Assembly: GCA_038065555.1 (NCBI GenBank)
Contig: JBBTQS010000001.1
Location: 467,901-531,900, forward strand
Direction of reading: 5' to 3'
Length of the DNA stretch: 64,000 bases
Source: Patescibacteria group bacterium
Lineage (GTDB): Bacteria > Patescibacteriota > Patescibacteriia > Magasanikbacterales > JBBTQS01
The position numbers were made by a program, and so were the translations under genes. Positions 38,337 to 46,614 of the stretch are shown here, piece after piece (position 1 is the stretch's first letter; each line of letters opens with the position of its first letter). The notes under the pieces are model-generated. The model worked only from the letters and a program-made list of their open reading frames with translations, was not told the DNA's origin and did not search any database.

Positions 38337-38442
38337 TACCGTATCGTCACGTTCACACTCCATAGACACTCACCGCGCACTTTGATATAGTCCTCCCTCG
38401 CACCCATGCGAGCAACCACTAGAGAAAGGAAGCATCGAACTC

Positions 38443-39018
38443 ATGAAGCCGCTCATTCTGACAATCATGCGAGCAAGTACCAACAAGGACCCTCAGGACC
38501 CCACGAGCCACATGCGGGGCGAGGTGGTAGAGGGTTTGCCATCGCACATCGGAGATTCGTACATCATCCTCAACAATCTCCTCGAACACGAACGTGTCTG
38601 GAGCACACTCGGGTACTTCGTAACCTTCGACGCAAACCTCGGTGACAAAGACAAAGATCAATTCGTGATTCTTTTCACCGAGTGCACAGTCCTTCCTCCG
38701 ATCAACGCAGGAGAGCTCACGAAGTCGGACCACATCTGCAAGGTGTTCCAGGATATCATCATGCGTCCGTCTCCACTCCAACTTCACGACGTGCCGCTCA
38801 TCCCGGGTCCTCGTACCATATTCACCGGCGGCAAACTGGAGATGCACTTCGAACGCGAAGAATTCGGACCATGGTCAGCGCAGGCGCGGATCGAGACACA
38901 ATGCCTCCACGGTGGATATTCCAGCATCCCCAAAGAGGTGTACACGGCACTGGCACAGGAGCTCAAATGCCCTCTCCAGCTCGCCCACATACACACATTC
39001 AACCCCACAGACTCCTGA
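38443..39018 (+). CDS. Hypothetical protein of 191 aa
   Basis: RBS AAAGGAAG precedes the ATG. Its own terminator lies at about 39050-39095 (10-bp stem ACGCCATCGG/CCGATGGCGT plus a T-rich run). Confidence 0.5.
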   Translation: MKPLILTIMRASTNKDPQDPTSHMRGEVVEGLPSHIGDSYIILNNLLEHERVWSTLGYFVTFDANLGDKDKDQFVILFTECTVLPPINAGELTKSDHICKVFQDIIMRPSPLQLHDVPLIPGPRTIFTGGKLEMHFEREEFGPWSAQARIETQCLHGGYSSIPKEVYTALAQELKCPLQLAHIHTFNPTDS

Positions 39019-39132
39019 CGCGCGTCACGCGCTCTCAGGTCTCAACATGACGCCATCGGCTCCTCACGGTCCCGATGGCGTTCGTCTTTTCTGAAGGGTG
39101 TTTTGCTTTGCCGACGCACAACTAGTGATGTA

Positions 39133-39216
39133 GCCAAACCCCTCCAGTACTTCGTGAGCAAACCGGACCTCAGTTAACGGGGAGGATTTGTGAATGAAGT
39201 GCTGGAGGGGTTTGGC
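39133..39216. repeat. Long hairpin element, copy 3: 30-bp arms with 5 mismatches (3 of them G·U on the plus strand) around the core in inverted orientation, CCGGACCTCAGTTAACGGGGAGGA.
   Basis: It lies between two independent terminators of the convergent genes. The core differs from copies 1 and 2 by one A-to-T change. Confidence 0.75.
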
Positions 39217-39234
39217 GGCATCAGTGTTCGTGAA

Positions 39235-39275
39235 GTTGGGTAAAACAAAACACCGGCCGAAGCCGGTGCCCTGAA
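39235..39275 (-). terminator. Intrinsic terminator of the RRM gene: stem GCACCGGC/GCCGGTG, loop TTCG, then TTTTGTTTT.
   Basis: Read directly on the reverse strand, just after the stop codon. Confidence 0.65.
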
Positions 39276-39287
39276 TTTCGGATGAAA

Positions 39288-39602
39288 TTAGCGATCGAAT
39301 CCGCCACGGCGGAAACCACCAGTGCTTCCACCTGCTGGACGAGGACCACGATCTTCACGTGGCTGTGCAACGGATACGCGGATAGCGCGGCCGTCAACTT
39401 CCTTACCATCAAGCTGAGCAATAGCAGCTTCAGCTTCTGCGTCCGTAGAGAATTCTACGAAGCCGAAACCTTTCGAGCGTCCAGTAGCATGATCTTTCAC
39501 AACTGTAGCAGATACAACAGTACCTACCTGAGAGAATGCAGCGTGCATGCTCTCATCTGTGGTCGCCCATGCGAGTCCGCCGATAAACAACTTATTTGCC
39601 AT
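39288..39602 (-). CDS. RRM-type RNA-binding protein (RNP-1/RNP-2 motifs) with a Gly/Arg-rich tail
   Basis: MANKLFIGGLAWATTDESM… is RNP-2, and …KGFGFVEF is RNP-1. The start is taken at the internal Met. Confidence 0.85.
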   Translation of the reverse strand: MANKLFIGGLAWATTDESMHAAFSQVGTVVSATVVKDHATGRSKGFGFVEFSTDAEAEAAIAQLDGKEVDGRAIRVSVAQPREDRGPRPAGGSTGGFRRGGFDR

Positions 39603-39754
39603 AGTAACTTTTTCTATATCCTGCACGGCGACCTTTACAGCACGTACAGATAGAGCAATTCTAGCACATTTGGACCGGGTTGTCAATGGCCCAAAACGCC
39701 CGTGTTGTTGTGAGGCTTATTCTGGCGTATACTAGGGCTATATTTGTTTTTTCT

Positions 39755-40414
39755 ATGATGCGCAACAGCTCAATGTCCCGGCGCGAGCACGGGGTCACAC
39801 CCACGGACGAAACCCATATCATGACAGCGGAAGAGCGTTCGCACATCGAAGCCATGGCGTCCAATGTGCGAAAAGGGCGTGTTGCAGTGAGCCGCATAGA
39901 GACGCTCCCCCCAGCTGATGGTGTTGAATACGGATTCGAAGAGCTCGTCGACACAGTGAAAACCGAGGAGACGCTTGCAGACAGCAACCCTCACCCAGTG
40001 GATAGAACAAGCGCTGGACATCGTCGCGCGCAGAACCTCGTACACAAGCACCTGAGCTCTCCACCAGATGCGCACGAGGTGACACTTGATACGCCGACTC
40101 ACTCCAGTGCACGCCACGAAGCCCAACGCCCATTCGAGCTACGCGAGTCTACAAAGACAGAACAAGAAGTTATTATCACCGCGCTCACTAGTGCTCTGGG
40201 TACAAAACTCGACATAGCAATCGCATTCCTACTCTTGAAACGCATCAGTACCGAGTTACCAGATGGACTGTTGGATTACTGCACGATGACCAAGGAGCGA
40301 ATCCGCGAGGAAATGACATTGGTCCAAGAGGCAAACAAGGCAAACATCGACATGCCCTACACGGTTGCACAACTCCAGAAGGCACTCGACTACCTCGACG
40401 AGCAAACACGCTAA
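39755..40414 (+). CDS. Hypothetical protein of about 219 aa
   Basis: An upstream TTGTGA…TATACT promoter-like element. No family match. Confidence 0.4.
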   Translation: MMRNSSMSRREHGVTPTDETHIMTAEERSHIEAMASNVRKGRVAVSRIETLPPADGVEYGFEELVDTVKTEETLADSNPHPVDRTSAGHRRAQNLVHKHLSSPPDAHEVTLDTPTHSSARHEAQRPFELRESTKTEQEVIITALTSALGTKLDIAIAFLLLKRISTELPDGLLDYCTMTKERIREEMTLVQEANKANIDMPYTVAQLQKALDYLDEQTR

Positions 40415-41112
40415 TCCCCGACCTTCACAATCATTGCTTGTGAGCGCGAGAGCGCAATCACAGGTTCTTTTTTGTCTGCAAAAAATTCGTGGAATGCCAG
40501 ACCAGCCCCTCGGTCTGTAGTGATTGCGTCGTGCGTAATAATGATGCCACCGGGAGCGAGGCGTGGGTAGAAATATTTCAACCCTTCGAGTGTCCATTCG
40601 TAGAGATCAACATCGAGATGCACGAACGAGAATTGCGTGTCTGCAATAGGTGCGGCGGTGTCTGGGAAAAGTCCTGGGTACAGGAATACACTGTCGTAGC
40701 CTGCAACAGCCCGTTGCGCGATCTCGATCGTCGCACTGTATTGCCCTTCCTTGAACCCCTCATAATCGTGAATACCTGTTCGTGGAAGCCCAGTGAATGT
40801 GTCGAAGAGGTGGAGCGCCTTGGTCCCCTTGAATTCACAGATAAGACGCGCAGATCCGCCGCGATAGGTCCCGACTTCGGCAATGTCACCGGGGGTTTTT
40901 GCTACTGACTGGAGCAGTGCAACGAGCTGGTATGCTTCGTCGTCAGCAAGAAGTAAATCACACTGCGCCTTGATCTCGCGAACACGTTGGATGATCGCCG
41001 TCTTCTCGGGCAGATTGTAATACAGCGTAATATGAGGCCAGCGAGAAAAAAGTGCGAACAGTGTCTTGCTCACGATAGCGCGCGGTGTGCGTAGAAGTGA
41101 ACGCCATGTCAT
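40411..41112 (-). CDS. Class I SAM-dependent O-methyltransferase, TylF/MycF (macrocin-O-methyltransferase)-like family
   Basis: …DIAEVGTYRGGSARLICEF…LFDTFTGLP…HLDVDLYEWTLEGLKYFYPRLAPGGIIITHD. The start is taken at the internal Met of MTWRSLL. Confidence 0.65.
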   Translation of the reverse strand: MTWRSLLRTPRAIVSKTLFALFSRWPHITLYYNLPEKTAIIQRVREIKAQCDLLLADDEAYQLVALLQSVAKTPGDIAEVGTYRGGSARLICEFKGTKALHLFDTFTGLPRTGIHDYEGFKEGQYSATIEIAQRAVAGYDSVFLYPGLFPDTAAPIADTQFSFVHLDVDLYEWTLEGLKYFYPRLAPGGIIITHDAITTDRGAGLAFHEFFADKKEPVIALSRSQAMIVKVGD

Positions 41113-41216
41113 AGAGATTTCTAGAATACCACTAGCTCGAATACTGTGACAAATAGTTCGCCTCTCCCCGACCATTTGGTCAGAGAGAGGCGGAGTTGGA
41201 AGTCGTGCACGACGCA

Positions 41217-41855
41217 CTATTTCCAGAGGTACAGGTTGACGCGTGTGAAGAATCGCCACGAGCCTGGCACGTTGGGAGTGAGATCGAATCCCAACCACAA
41301 ACCCACGATCTTGCCACGCAGGAGCGGACCAGTCGCGAGCTCGTACACATCGTTGGTGTCAGCGACGAGTTCACTGAAGAGCGAAAGCGTCACGTCCGTT
41401 CCCACCTTGAAGTTGAGCACGACCTGACCGTAGAACGAGATGCGGTCACTGCCATCTGGCTTCTTGTTGTGCTGCGGGAAGTAGGTGTCGAACTGCAGAC
41501 ACAGACTCAGATCCTCCGCGCCCAACTGCAGGAACTCCAGCCACAAACTCGCGATGACCGACGAAGTCCCCGCAGAAGTGGCCATAGCACCCGAGTACAG
41601 TCGAATGCGGATCTCCTTGTGGAACGTCCACTCCAGTCCTACGTAGCCGAAGACCAACGCAGAGCCCGTATTCACCGTCCAGTTGACGTTGCCGAACATG
41701 GAGATCGCACCATCGACCGCAGGCGTATGTGTGTACTTCCACAACGCCTCCGATCCTTTGACACTGATCTGAACAGCACTGTCTGTTGCATGAGCAGTCA
41801 GCGACCCACAGAGAATCGCACCCCAGCATACGAATGCTGCGAGCATCTTTTGCAT
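41217..41855 (-). CDS. Secreted protein of 212 aa with an N-terminal signal peptide and a beta-rich sequence that ends in an aromatic residue
   Basis: MQKMLAAFVCWGAILCGSLTAHA is the signal peptide. The body has alternating hydrophobic residues and ends …FTRVNLYLWK. Confidence 0.55.
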   Translation of the reverse strand: MQKMLAAFVCWGAILCGSLTAHATDSAVQISVKGSEALWKYTHTPAVDGAISMFGNVNWTVNTGSALVFGYVGLEWTFHKEIRIRLYSGAMATSAGTSSVIASLWLEFLQLGAEDLSLCLQFDTYFPQHNKKPDGSDRISFYGQVVLNFKVGTDVTLSLFSELVADTNDVYELATGPLLRGKIVGLWLGFDLTPNVPGSWRFFTRVNLYLWK

Positions 41856-41999
41856 ACCCAGTCCCCCTGCGCATCAAGCGCATGTGCACGTGACTAACGA
41901 ATGATTCGTCAGTGCGAGATTCTTACCACGCGTGAGAAGGGACAGTCAACGCCAGCGTACCAATTCCAATCGCACTTGCAGTATTCAAAAATAGTTTTG

Positions 42000-42073
42000 T
42001 CGGGCTAACACGACTTGAACGTGCGACCTCATGCACCCCATGCATGCGCTCTAGCCAACTGAGCTATAGCCCG
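42000..42073 (-). tRNA. tRNA-Pro (anticodon GGG)
   Basis: Reverse strand CGGGCTA-TA-GCTC-AGTTGGCTA-GAGC-G-CATGC-ATGGGGT-GCATG-AGGTC-GCACG-TTCAAGT-CGTGT-TAGCCCG-A gives a 74-nt cloverleaf with U33, G37 and the GGG anticodon. No CCA is encoded. Confidence 0.8.
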
Positions 42074-42152
42074 TAGTAAGCGGAAAGAGGGTCCAGTCAC
42101 CAAAGGTGACGTCGACCCGAACACCAACTGTACCCACGTATCAGTTTGTACC

Positions 42153-42308
42153 GGTTTGCGGTATTTGTTTGCGAGGGGCCAACGGAGGCCGACCGGTCAG
42201 CTGTATCCGCCGCAAGGCGATACGCGTCGTCCGGTCGGCCGAGTTAGAGACGCGGTTCCACGGTTAGTGGAACCGACGTTGTACCCTCGCAAACAAATAC
42301 CGCAAACC
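42153..42308. repeat. 156-bp structured element bounded by perfect 25-bp terminal inverted repeats (GGTTTGCGGTATTTGTTTGCGAGGG), with internal nested hairpins.
   Basis: Read directly. The inner 106 nt contain GGCCGACCGG…CCGGTCGGCC and GGTTCCAC…GTGGAACC palindromes. It lies upstream of tRNA-Pro on the minus strand. Confidence 0.6.
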
Positions 42309-42451
42309 ACCATGCGATGTACCCCCGATGTATCAGGTGGGTAGCCCGTGTGTTTCGCCACGGCGATCACGATCCAGACATGAACCCGGCGGAGATAATT
42401 GTAGAGAATATCGCACAGCAGTAGCGGCTCCACCAGTATACGGATCAGTCA

Positions 42452-42482
42452 CATACAAATCAAGAACGCGCAGGAGACCTGC
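42452..42482 (-). terminator. Terminator hairpin downstream of ndk: a 14-bp perfect stem CAAGAACGCGCAGG/CCTGCGCGTTCTTG with a 3-nt loop.
   Basis: Read directly, about 20 nt after the ndk stop. On the minus strand it is followed by a T-rich ATTTGTATGT. Confidence 0.5.
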
Positions 42483-42503
42483 GCGTTCTTGGGGTGAGAG
42501 AGC

Positions 42504-42986
42504 CTAGGCTCGCTCGTCTTCGATGTATACGTGGAGATAGTCGCTCTTGTCGTAGTCGTAGATCTCTTCTTCGCGGAAGAATCGTGGCACTTCTGCCTGT
42601 GCCGCTTCGACTGAATCAGAGGTGTGGATCACGTTGCATGCTACGCTCATCGCATAGTCGCCGCGGATCGAACCTGCTTCTGCTTCGCGAGCCTTGGTAA
42701 CGCCGGTGATGAGACGCACAGCGTTGACCACGCCAAGTCCTTCCCAGCACATCACCACAACTGGCGCGCTCATCATGAAACGCTCAACACCAGGGTAGAA
42801 TGATTTGCTCGCAATGTGTGCGTAGTGCTCGCGCAATACTGCTTCATCGAGGCGCATCATTTTCGTTCCTACCAACTTGAGGCCTTTGTTCTCAAATCGC
42901 GAAGTGATCTGACCTAGAAGTCCACGCTGAATAGCGTCTGGCTTCACGATCACAAGTGTTTTTTCCTTGAGTCCTGAGAATTCCAT
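42504..42986 (-). CDS. ndk: Nucleoside diphosphate kinase
   Basis: …TLVIVKPDAIQRGLLGQITSRFENKGLKLVGTKMM…NVIHTSDS… (NDK active-site His region). The start is taken at MEFSGLKEK. Confidence 0.9.
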   Translation of the reverse strand: MEFSGLKEKTLVIVKPDAIQRGLLGQITSRFENKGLKLVGTKMMRLDEAVLREHYAHIASKSFYPGVERFMMSAPVVVMCWEGLGVVNAVRLITGVTKAREAEAGSIRGDYAMSVACNVIHTSDSVEAAQAEVPRFFREEEIYDYDKSDYLHVYIEDERA

Positions 42987-43133
42987 AGTCGTTCCGTTAA
43001 TTGGTCCGAGTATACCAAAGATAGCCACTTCGTCAAGAAATCGAATAAAAAATGAAGAGGTCCGTAGTGGTTGGATTACCACGGACCACTTCGGTGCTTC
43101 GCTCGATCGCGCGAAGCCGCGAACGAAACTAGT

Positions 43134-44180
43134 TCAGATCATGATGCGACGGTAGCAGTCGTACACTGCCCGGAAGTACTTCAACCTCGCGTTGATGTCC
43201 GCCCCCCACCCTGGAACATGCGGGAGACTCGCAACGCAGTCGACGTGAACCGTTGGACCAGTGTCCTTGCGCGGCTCGATGTCACTGATGAGCGGTTCCC
43301 CGTCCGGACCATGCACCGTCAGCATCCTGGCTTCTCGCTCCATGCCCTTGATGATGCGCTGCCAGTCGAAGATCCGATCCTCGACGAAGCAGACGATCTG
43401 GAGAATAGGCGTACTGCTGCTCGCCAGTTGCAGCTGTCCCTCGTGAAGCGCTCGGCGAACTTCGATCTCGTTGCCCAGTCCGCTCTTGAATGCGAGCTCC
43501 ATGAATGCCAGCGGCGCGTCAGGGATCGCAGACAGGTACGCTGCCTCGAAATCCTCACGCTCAGGCTGACTGCCTGCGTAGAGTCGGTAGAGCGTGTCGC
43601 TGTTGGCGATCATCCCTTCCTTCCCCGAACTGTGGTTCGTCGCCAGTGCTCGCATCGCATCACGGAGTGCTGCCCATCCGCCATTGCCCCAGAACGACTT
43701 GTTCGAGAACCAGAGCGGCGCGCGTTCCCACGGAGGCGGTGCTTCTGCGATCACATGCCACACGATCTTGGCGTGGAGTGCTCGCAGCAACGGCAAAATG
43801 CGCAGTGCGATCACCGACCCCATGGAATGCCCATGGACGACTGCCCACTTGAACCGGTTCGGATGTGCGTCGAGGTACGCACTGATCATGTGCGCGACTT
43901 CCACAGCCTGCTCGTTGAGCGTCTGGCGTGTGAGACCTGATGCTGACTCACCAGCTGCGGTCTGCCGTCGTGAGATGTAGACGATGGTTGTACCAGCGCC
44001 CACATCGTCTTGCCGCTCCTGCATGGATTGCTCGGATTCGTTGAACCCCGAGATCATGAAGCTCACCGCCTCACTGCCCAGAGATTCCCACTCACCGTTG
44101 CGAACCACCACCACACGGTCAAGGCGCTCGTGTTTGTACTTGAGCTCGACCGTGTGTCGCCTTTTATCACGCTTGTTCAT
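43134..44180 (-). CDS. Alpha/beta-fold hydrolase (lipase/esterase-type GxSxG), GC-rich
   Basis: VVHGHSMGSVIAL is the nucleophile elbow. The start is taken at MNKRDKRRH with GGGAG 7 nt upstream, and a minus-strand TTGACA-17-TATGGT promoter lies at about 44250-44279. The track ORF extends to 44222. Confidence 0.65.
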   Translation of the reverse strand: MNKRDKRRHTVELKYKHERLDRVVVVRNGEWESLGSEAVSFMISGFNESEQSMQERQDDVGAGTTIVYISRRQTAAGESASGLTRQTLNEQAVEVAHMISAYLDAHPNRFKWAVVHGHSMGSVIALRILPLLRALHAKIVWHVIAEAPPPWERAPLWFSNKSFWGNGGWAALRDAMRALATNHSSGKEGMIANSDTLYRLYAGSQPEREDFEAAYLSAIPDAPLAFMELAFKSGLGNEIEVRRALHEGQLQLASSSTPILQIVCFVEDRIFDWQRIIKGMEREARMLTVHGPDGEPLISDIEPRKDTGPTVHVDCVASLPHVPGWGADINARLKYFRAVYDCYRRIMI

Positions 44181-44439
44181 CGTATACTCCCTGCGTCTGC
44201 GTTGCAGACATCCAACAGCCATAGCTGCGCCTCGAATTGAGGACGCGATACCATAGCACCAAGAGTCGATTTTGTCAATGTTTGAAGCAAAATCGACACG
44301 TACTTGCCATTTGGAACAAACATGGTAGGCTACAAATAGCTACCTGTTGTGTGCTCCCCTGCCTGAATGGCGCCGTTACCACGGCAGCTTCCCCATCTCC
44401 CTAGGTGCGAGATACCACTCCCCCAGGGGCACACAACTC

Positions 44440-44503
44440 GAGGTCCACGAACTTCATGCCAATAACGGCGTGGCAGACAAGTTCGTGGACCTCTTTCTTT
44501 TTT
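44440..44503 (+). terminator. Plus-strand intrinsic terminator: 15-bp perfect stem GAGGTCCACGAACTT/AAGTTCGTGGACCTC, 24-nt loop, then TTTCTTTTTT. The T-run abuts the stop codon of the minus-strand helicase.
   Basis: Read directly. The canonical U-tract is on the plus strand, yet no plus-strand ORF precedes it. Confidence 0.55.
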
Positions 44504-46565
44504 AGTGACGATTGAGCAACCCCTTCGCGTCATTCCATGCGCCTGCATCTGGATCTGGCTCGTAGGAAATCTCGTCATCATCGATGTGTGGTGCGCTCGA
44601 CGCACCTGGTCGCAACACCGTGGTGACGCGACGCATTCCCGTCTGGAGATTCTCGATGAGCTCGGGAGATATTTCGTCGAGAAATTGTGATGGCTGCTCA
44701 GCAACCATATATTCCTTACCGCTCGATTGCGGATAGGTGAAGTAGAGCTGGTGACGCGCACGCGTGATTGCTACATAGAACAGTCGGCGCTCTTCCTCAA
44801 TACCATCTGGTTCCTTGAGCGCACGCTCATGTGGAAATCCTGGCATGAGCATGTGGATCACAAAAACTGCATCCCACTCGAGGCCCTTGGATTGGTGGAT
44901 CGTAGAGAGCACAAGACGTGTGTTGGGGCGATTATCTCCAAATCGATTATCCTTTTGGTTACTGAATTGTTCCTGCAAGCTCGCTTCAGCGAGGAATGAA
45001 TCGAGATCCTCGATGCGTGCTGCAAGTCGTGCCAACTCCTGGAGATCTTCATATCGATCTTGCCACTCTGCGTACTGCGCTTGCATGTACTCACGATAGT
45101 GCGGCGACTTGAGTACGGTCTCGATGAGTGCTTGTGGTGAACGCTGCGGCGCATCCAGAAGTGCTTGGATAATTTGCATGCACTGATCCCAGCCGACTTT
45201 CGCACGTCCTGTGAGATCTGCTCCCACGGCTGCGATATCTTCGAATTTCTCGACCTTGCGAATAATCTGCACAATCTTCTGTGCCGTTGCTGGCCCGATA
45301 CCATCCATCATGCCGAGCACTCGCATCCATGCGAGCTGGTCCTCCATGTTGTGCATGATACGTAACCACGCGAGCGTATCCTTCACATGTGAGCGCTCGA
45401 AGAACCGCGTTCCGCCACGCATCTCATACGGAATTCCACGCCGCGCGAGCTCGAATTCGAGTGCTTGCGCATGATGCACCGCACGAAAGAGCACACAAAT
45501 ATTTGCCGGGTTCCAGCCGCCTGCACGCAACGATTCAATACGTCGTGCAATGAAGTCAGCCTCCTCTGCTGGAGTATCTGCTGGCACAATCATCGGCTTG
45601 ATCGATGCGTCGCGCATACTGCGCAACTCCTTTTCAAACTGCTTTTTGTTGTGCTTGATCACGCTGTTGGCAACTGACACAATGTCGGGCGATGAGCGAT
45701 AATTCACCACCAGACGGTAGATCGTTGCACCCGGAAAATCTTTTTCGAAATCGAGAATGTTCTGGATGTTGGCTGCACGGAATGAATAAATACTCTGCGC
45801 ATCGTCCCCCACTACGAGTACATTCTTGTGCACGCTCGAGAGCTGCTTCACGATACTTGCTTGAATCGTATTGGTATCCTGATACTCATCGACGAGTACA
45901 TACCGGAACTGCATTGCCAATCGTGCTCGCACTTCAGTATTCGTCTCCAACAGGCGCGCGAGATTCTCGAGCAGGTCATCGAAGTCCATGACGTTCCCTT
46001 CGAGCTTCTTTGCAACGTATCGTCGTGCAATGCGCTCGAAGTCATCAGCAAAAATATCGTAGGATTCGTAGCGCTCCTCTACTACATCTACCACCGTGCG
46101 TCCTGCGTTGCGTGAGTATGAAATAATTCCCTGAATAATCGCTGGCGACGGGAATTTGCGCTTGCTATTGGTGACGCCAACACCCTCCTCGACGATACAG
46201 CGCTTGAGCAAGTTCACCGCATCGTCTGCATCGAGAATAGTGAAATTATTTTTGTAACCCAGATGTTGGGCGTAGGATTTGAGAATGCGGACAGCGATAC
46301 TGTGGAATGTGCCACTCCAGAATCCTGTGAGCTTGCGGTCGAGGAGCTTCTCAGCGCGCTCAAGCATCTCCCGTGCAGCCTTGTTGGTGAATGTGACAAG
46401 GAGGATGTTCTCCAATGGTACTCCCTGCTCCAACAAGTACGCCACACGATACGTAATCGTACGAGTTTTGCCCGAACCTGCACCGGCCAGAACGAGCACT
46501 GGACCATCTCCACTTACTACTACGCGATATTGTTCTTCGTTGAGTTCTTCTTTGTAATTGATCAC
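44502..46565 (-). CDS. pcrA: UvrD/PcrA/Rep-family ATP-dependent DNA helicase (superfamily 1)
   Basis: …LNEEQYRVVVSGDGPVLVLAGAGSGKTRTITYRVAYLL…TFTNKAAREM…VLVDEYQDTN… and the full SF1 motif set. The start is probably GTG at 46565 ((M)INYKEELNEEQ, cf. PcrA MNY…LN). The longer ATG ORF to 46676 would overlap tgt. Confidence 0.85.
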   Translation of the reverse strand: MINYKEELNEEQYRVVVSGDGPVLVLAGAGSGKTRTITYRVAYLLEQGVPLENILLVTFTNKAAREMLERAEKLLDRKLTGFWSGTFHSIAVRILKSYAQHLGYKNNFTILDADDAVNLLKRCIVEEGVGVTNSKRKFPSPAIIQGIISYSRNAGRTVVDVVEERYESYDIFADDFERIARRYVAKKLEGNVMDFDDLLENLARLLETNTEVRARLAMQFRYVLVDEYQDTNTIQASIVKQLSSVHKNVLVVGDDAQSIYSFRAANIQNILDFEKDFPGATIYRLVVNYRSSPDIVSVANSVIKHNKKQFEKELRSMRDASIKPMIVPADTPAEEADFIARRIESLRAGGWNPANICVLFRAVHHAQALEFELARRGIPYEMRGGTRFFERSHVKDTLAWLRIMHNMEDQLAWMRVLGMMDGIGPATAQKIVQIIRKVEKFEDIAAVGADLTGRAKVGWDQCMQIIQALLDAPQRSPQALIETVLKSPHYREYMQAQYAEWQDRYEDLQELARLAARIEDLDSFLAEASLQEQFSNQKDNRFGDNRPNTRLVLSTIHQSKGLEWDAVFVIHMLMPGFPHERALKEPDGIEEERRLFYVAITRARHQLYFTYPQSSGKEYMVAEQPSQFLDEISPELIENLQTGMRRVTTVLRPGASSAPHIDDDEISYEPDPDAGAWNDAKGLLNRH

Positions 46566-46614
46566 AAACTGTTGCGTTATGGAGCCGCGGGCGGTATAGT
46601 CGCCCCACAGTAGT

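Noticed and set aside
38097-38369. 90-aa minus-strand ORF spanning hairpin copy 2
   Set aside because: It reads straight through the perfect 25-bp palindrome, has no RBS and overlaps the epmA start.
39197-39277. 26-codon mini-ORF (MKCWRGLAASVFVKLGKTKHRPKPVP) started by the GGGGAGGA-N7-ATG inside hairpin copy 3
   Set aside because: It arises only because the conserved core contains an SD-like sequence. The other two copies have no equivalent ORF, and it runs through two terminator hairpins.
43071-43940. 289-aa plus-strand ORF opposite the alpha/beta hydrolase
   Set aside because: It is an Arg-rich antisense frame. The minus strand carries the GHSMGS nucleophile motif.
44300-44440. SRP (4.5S) RNA in the hydrolase-helicase spacer
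   Set aside because: A GGGGAAGCUGCC / CAUUCAGGCAGG pair resembles SRP domain IV motifs only superficially, and the two motifs occur in the wrong order on either strand.
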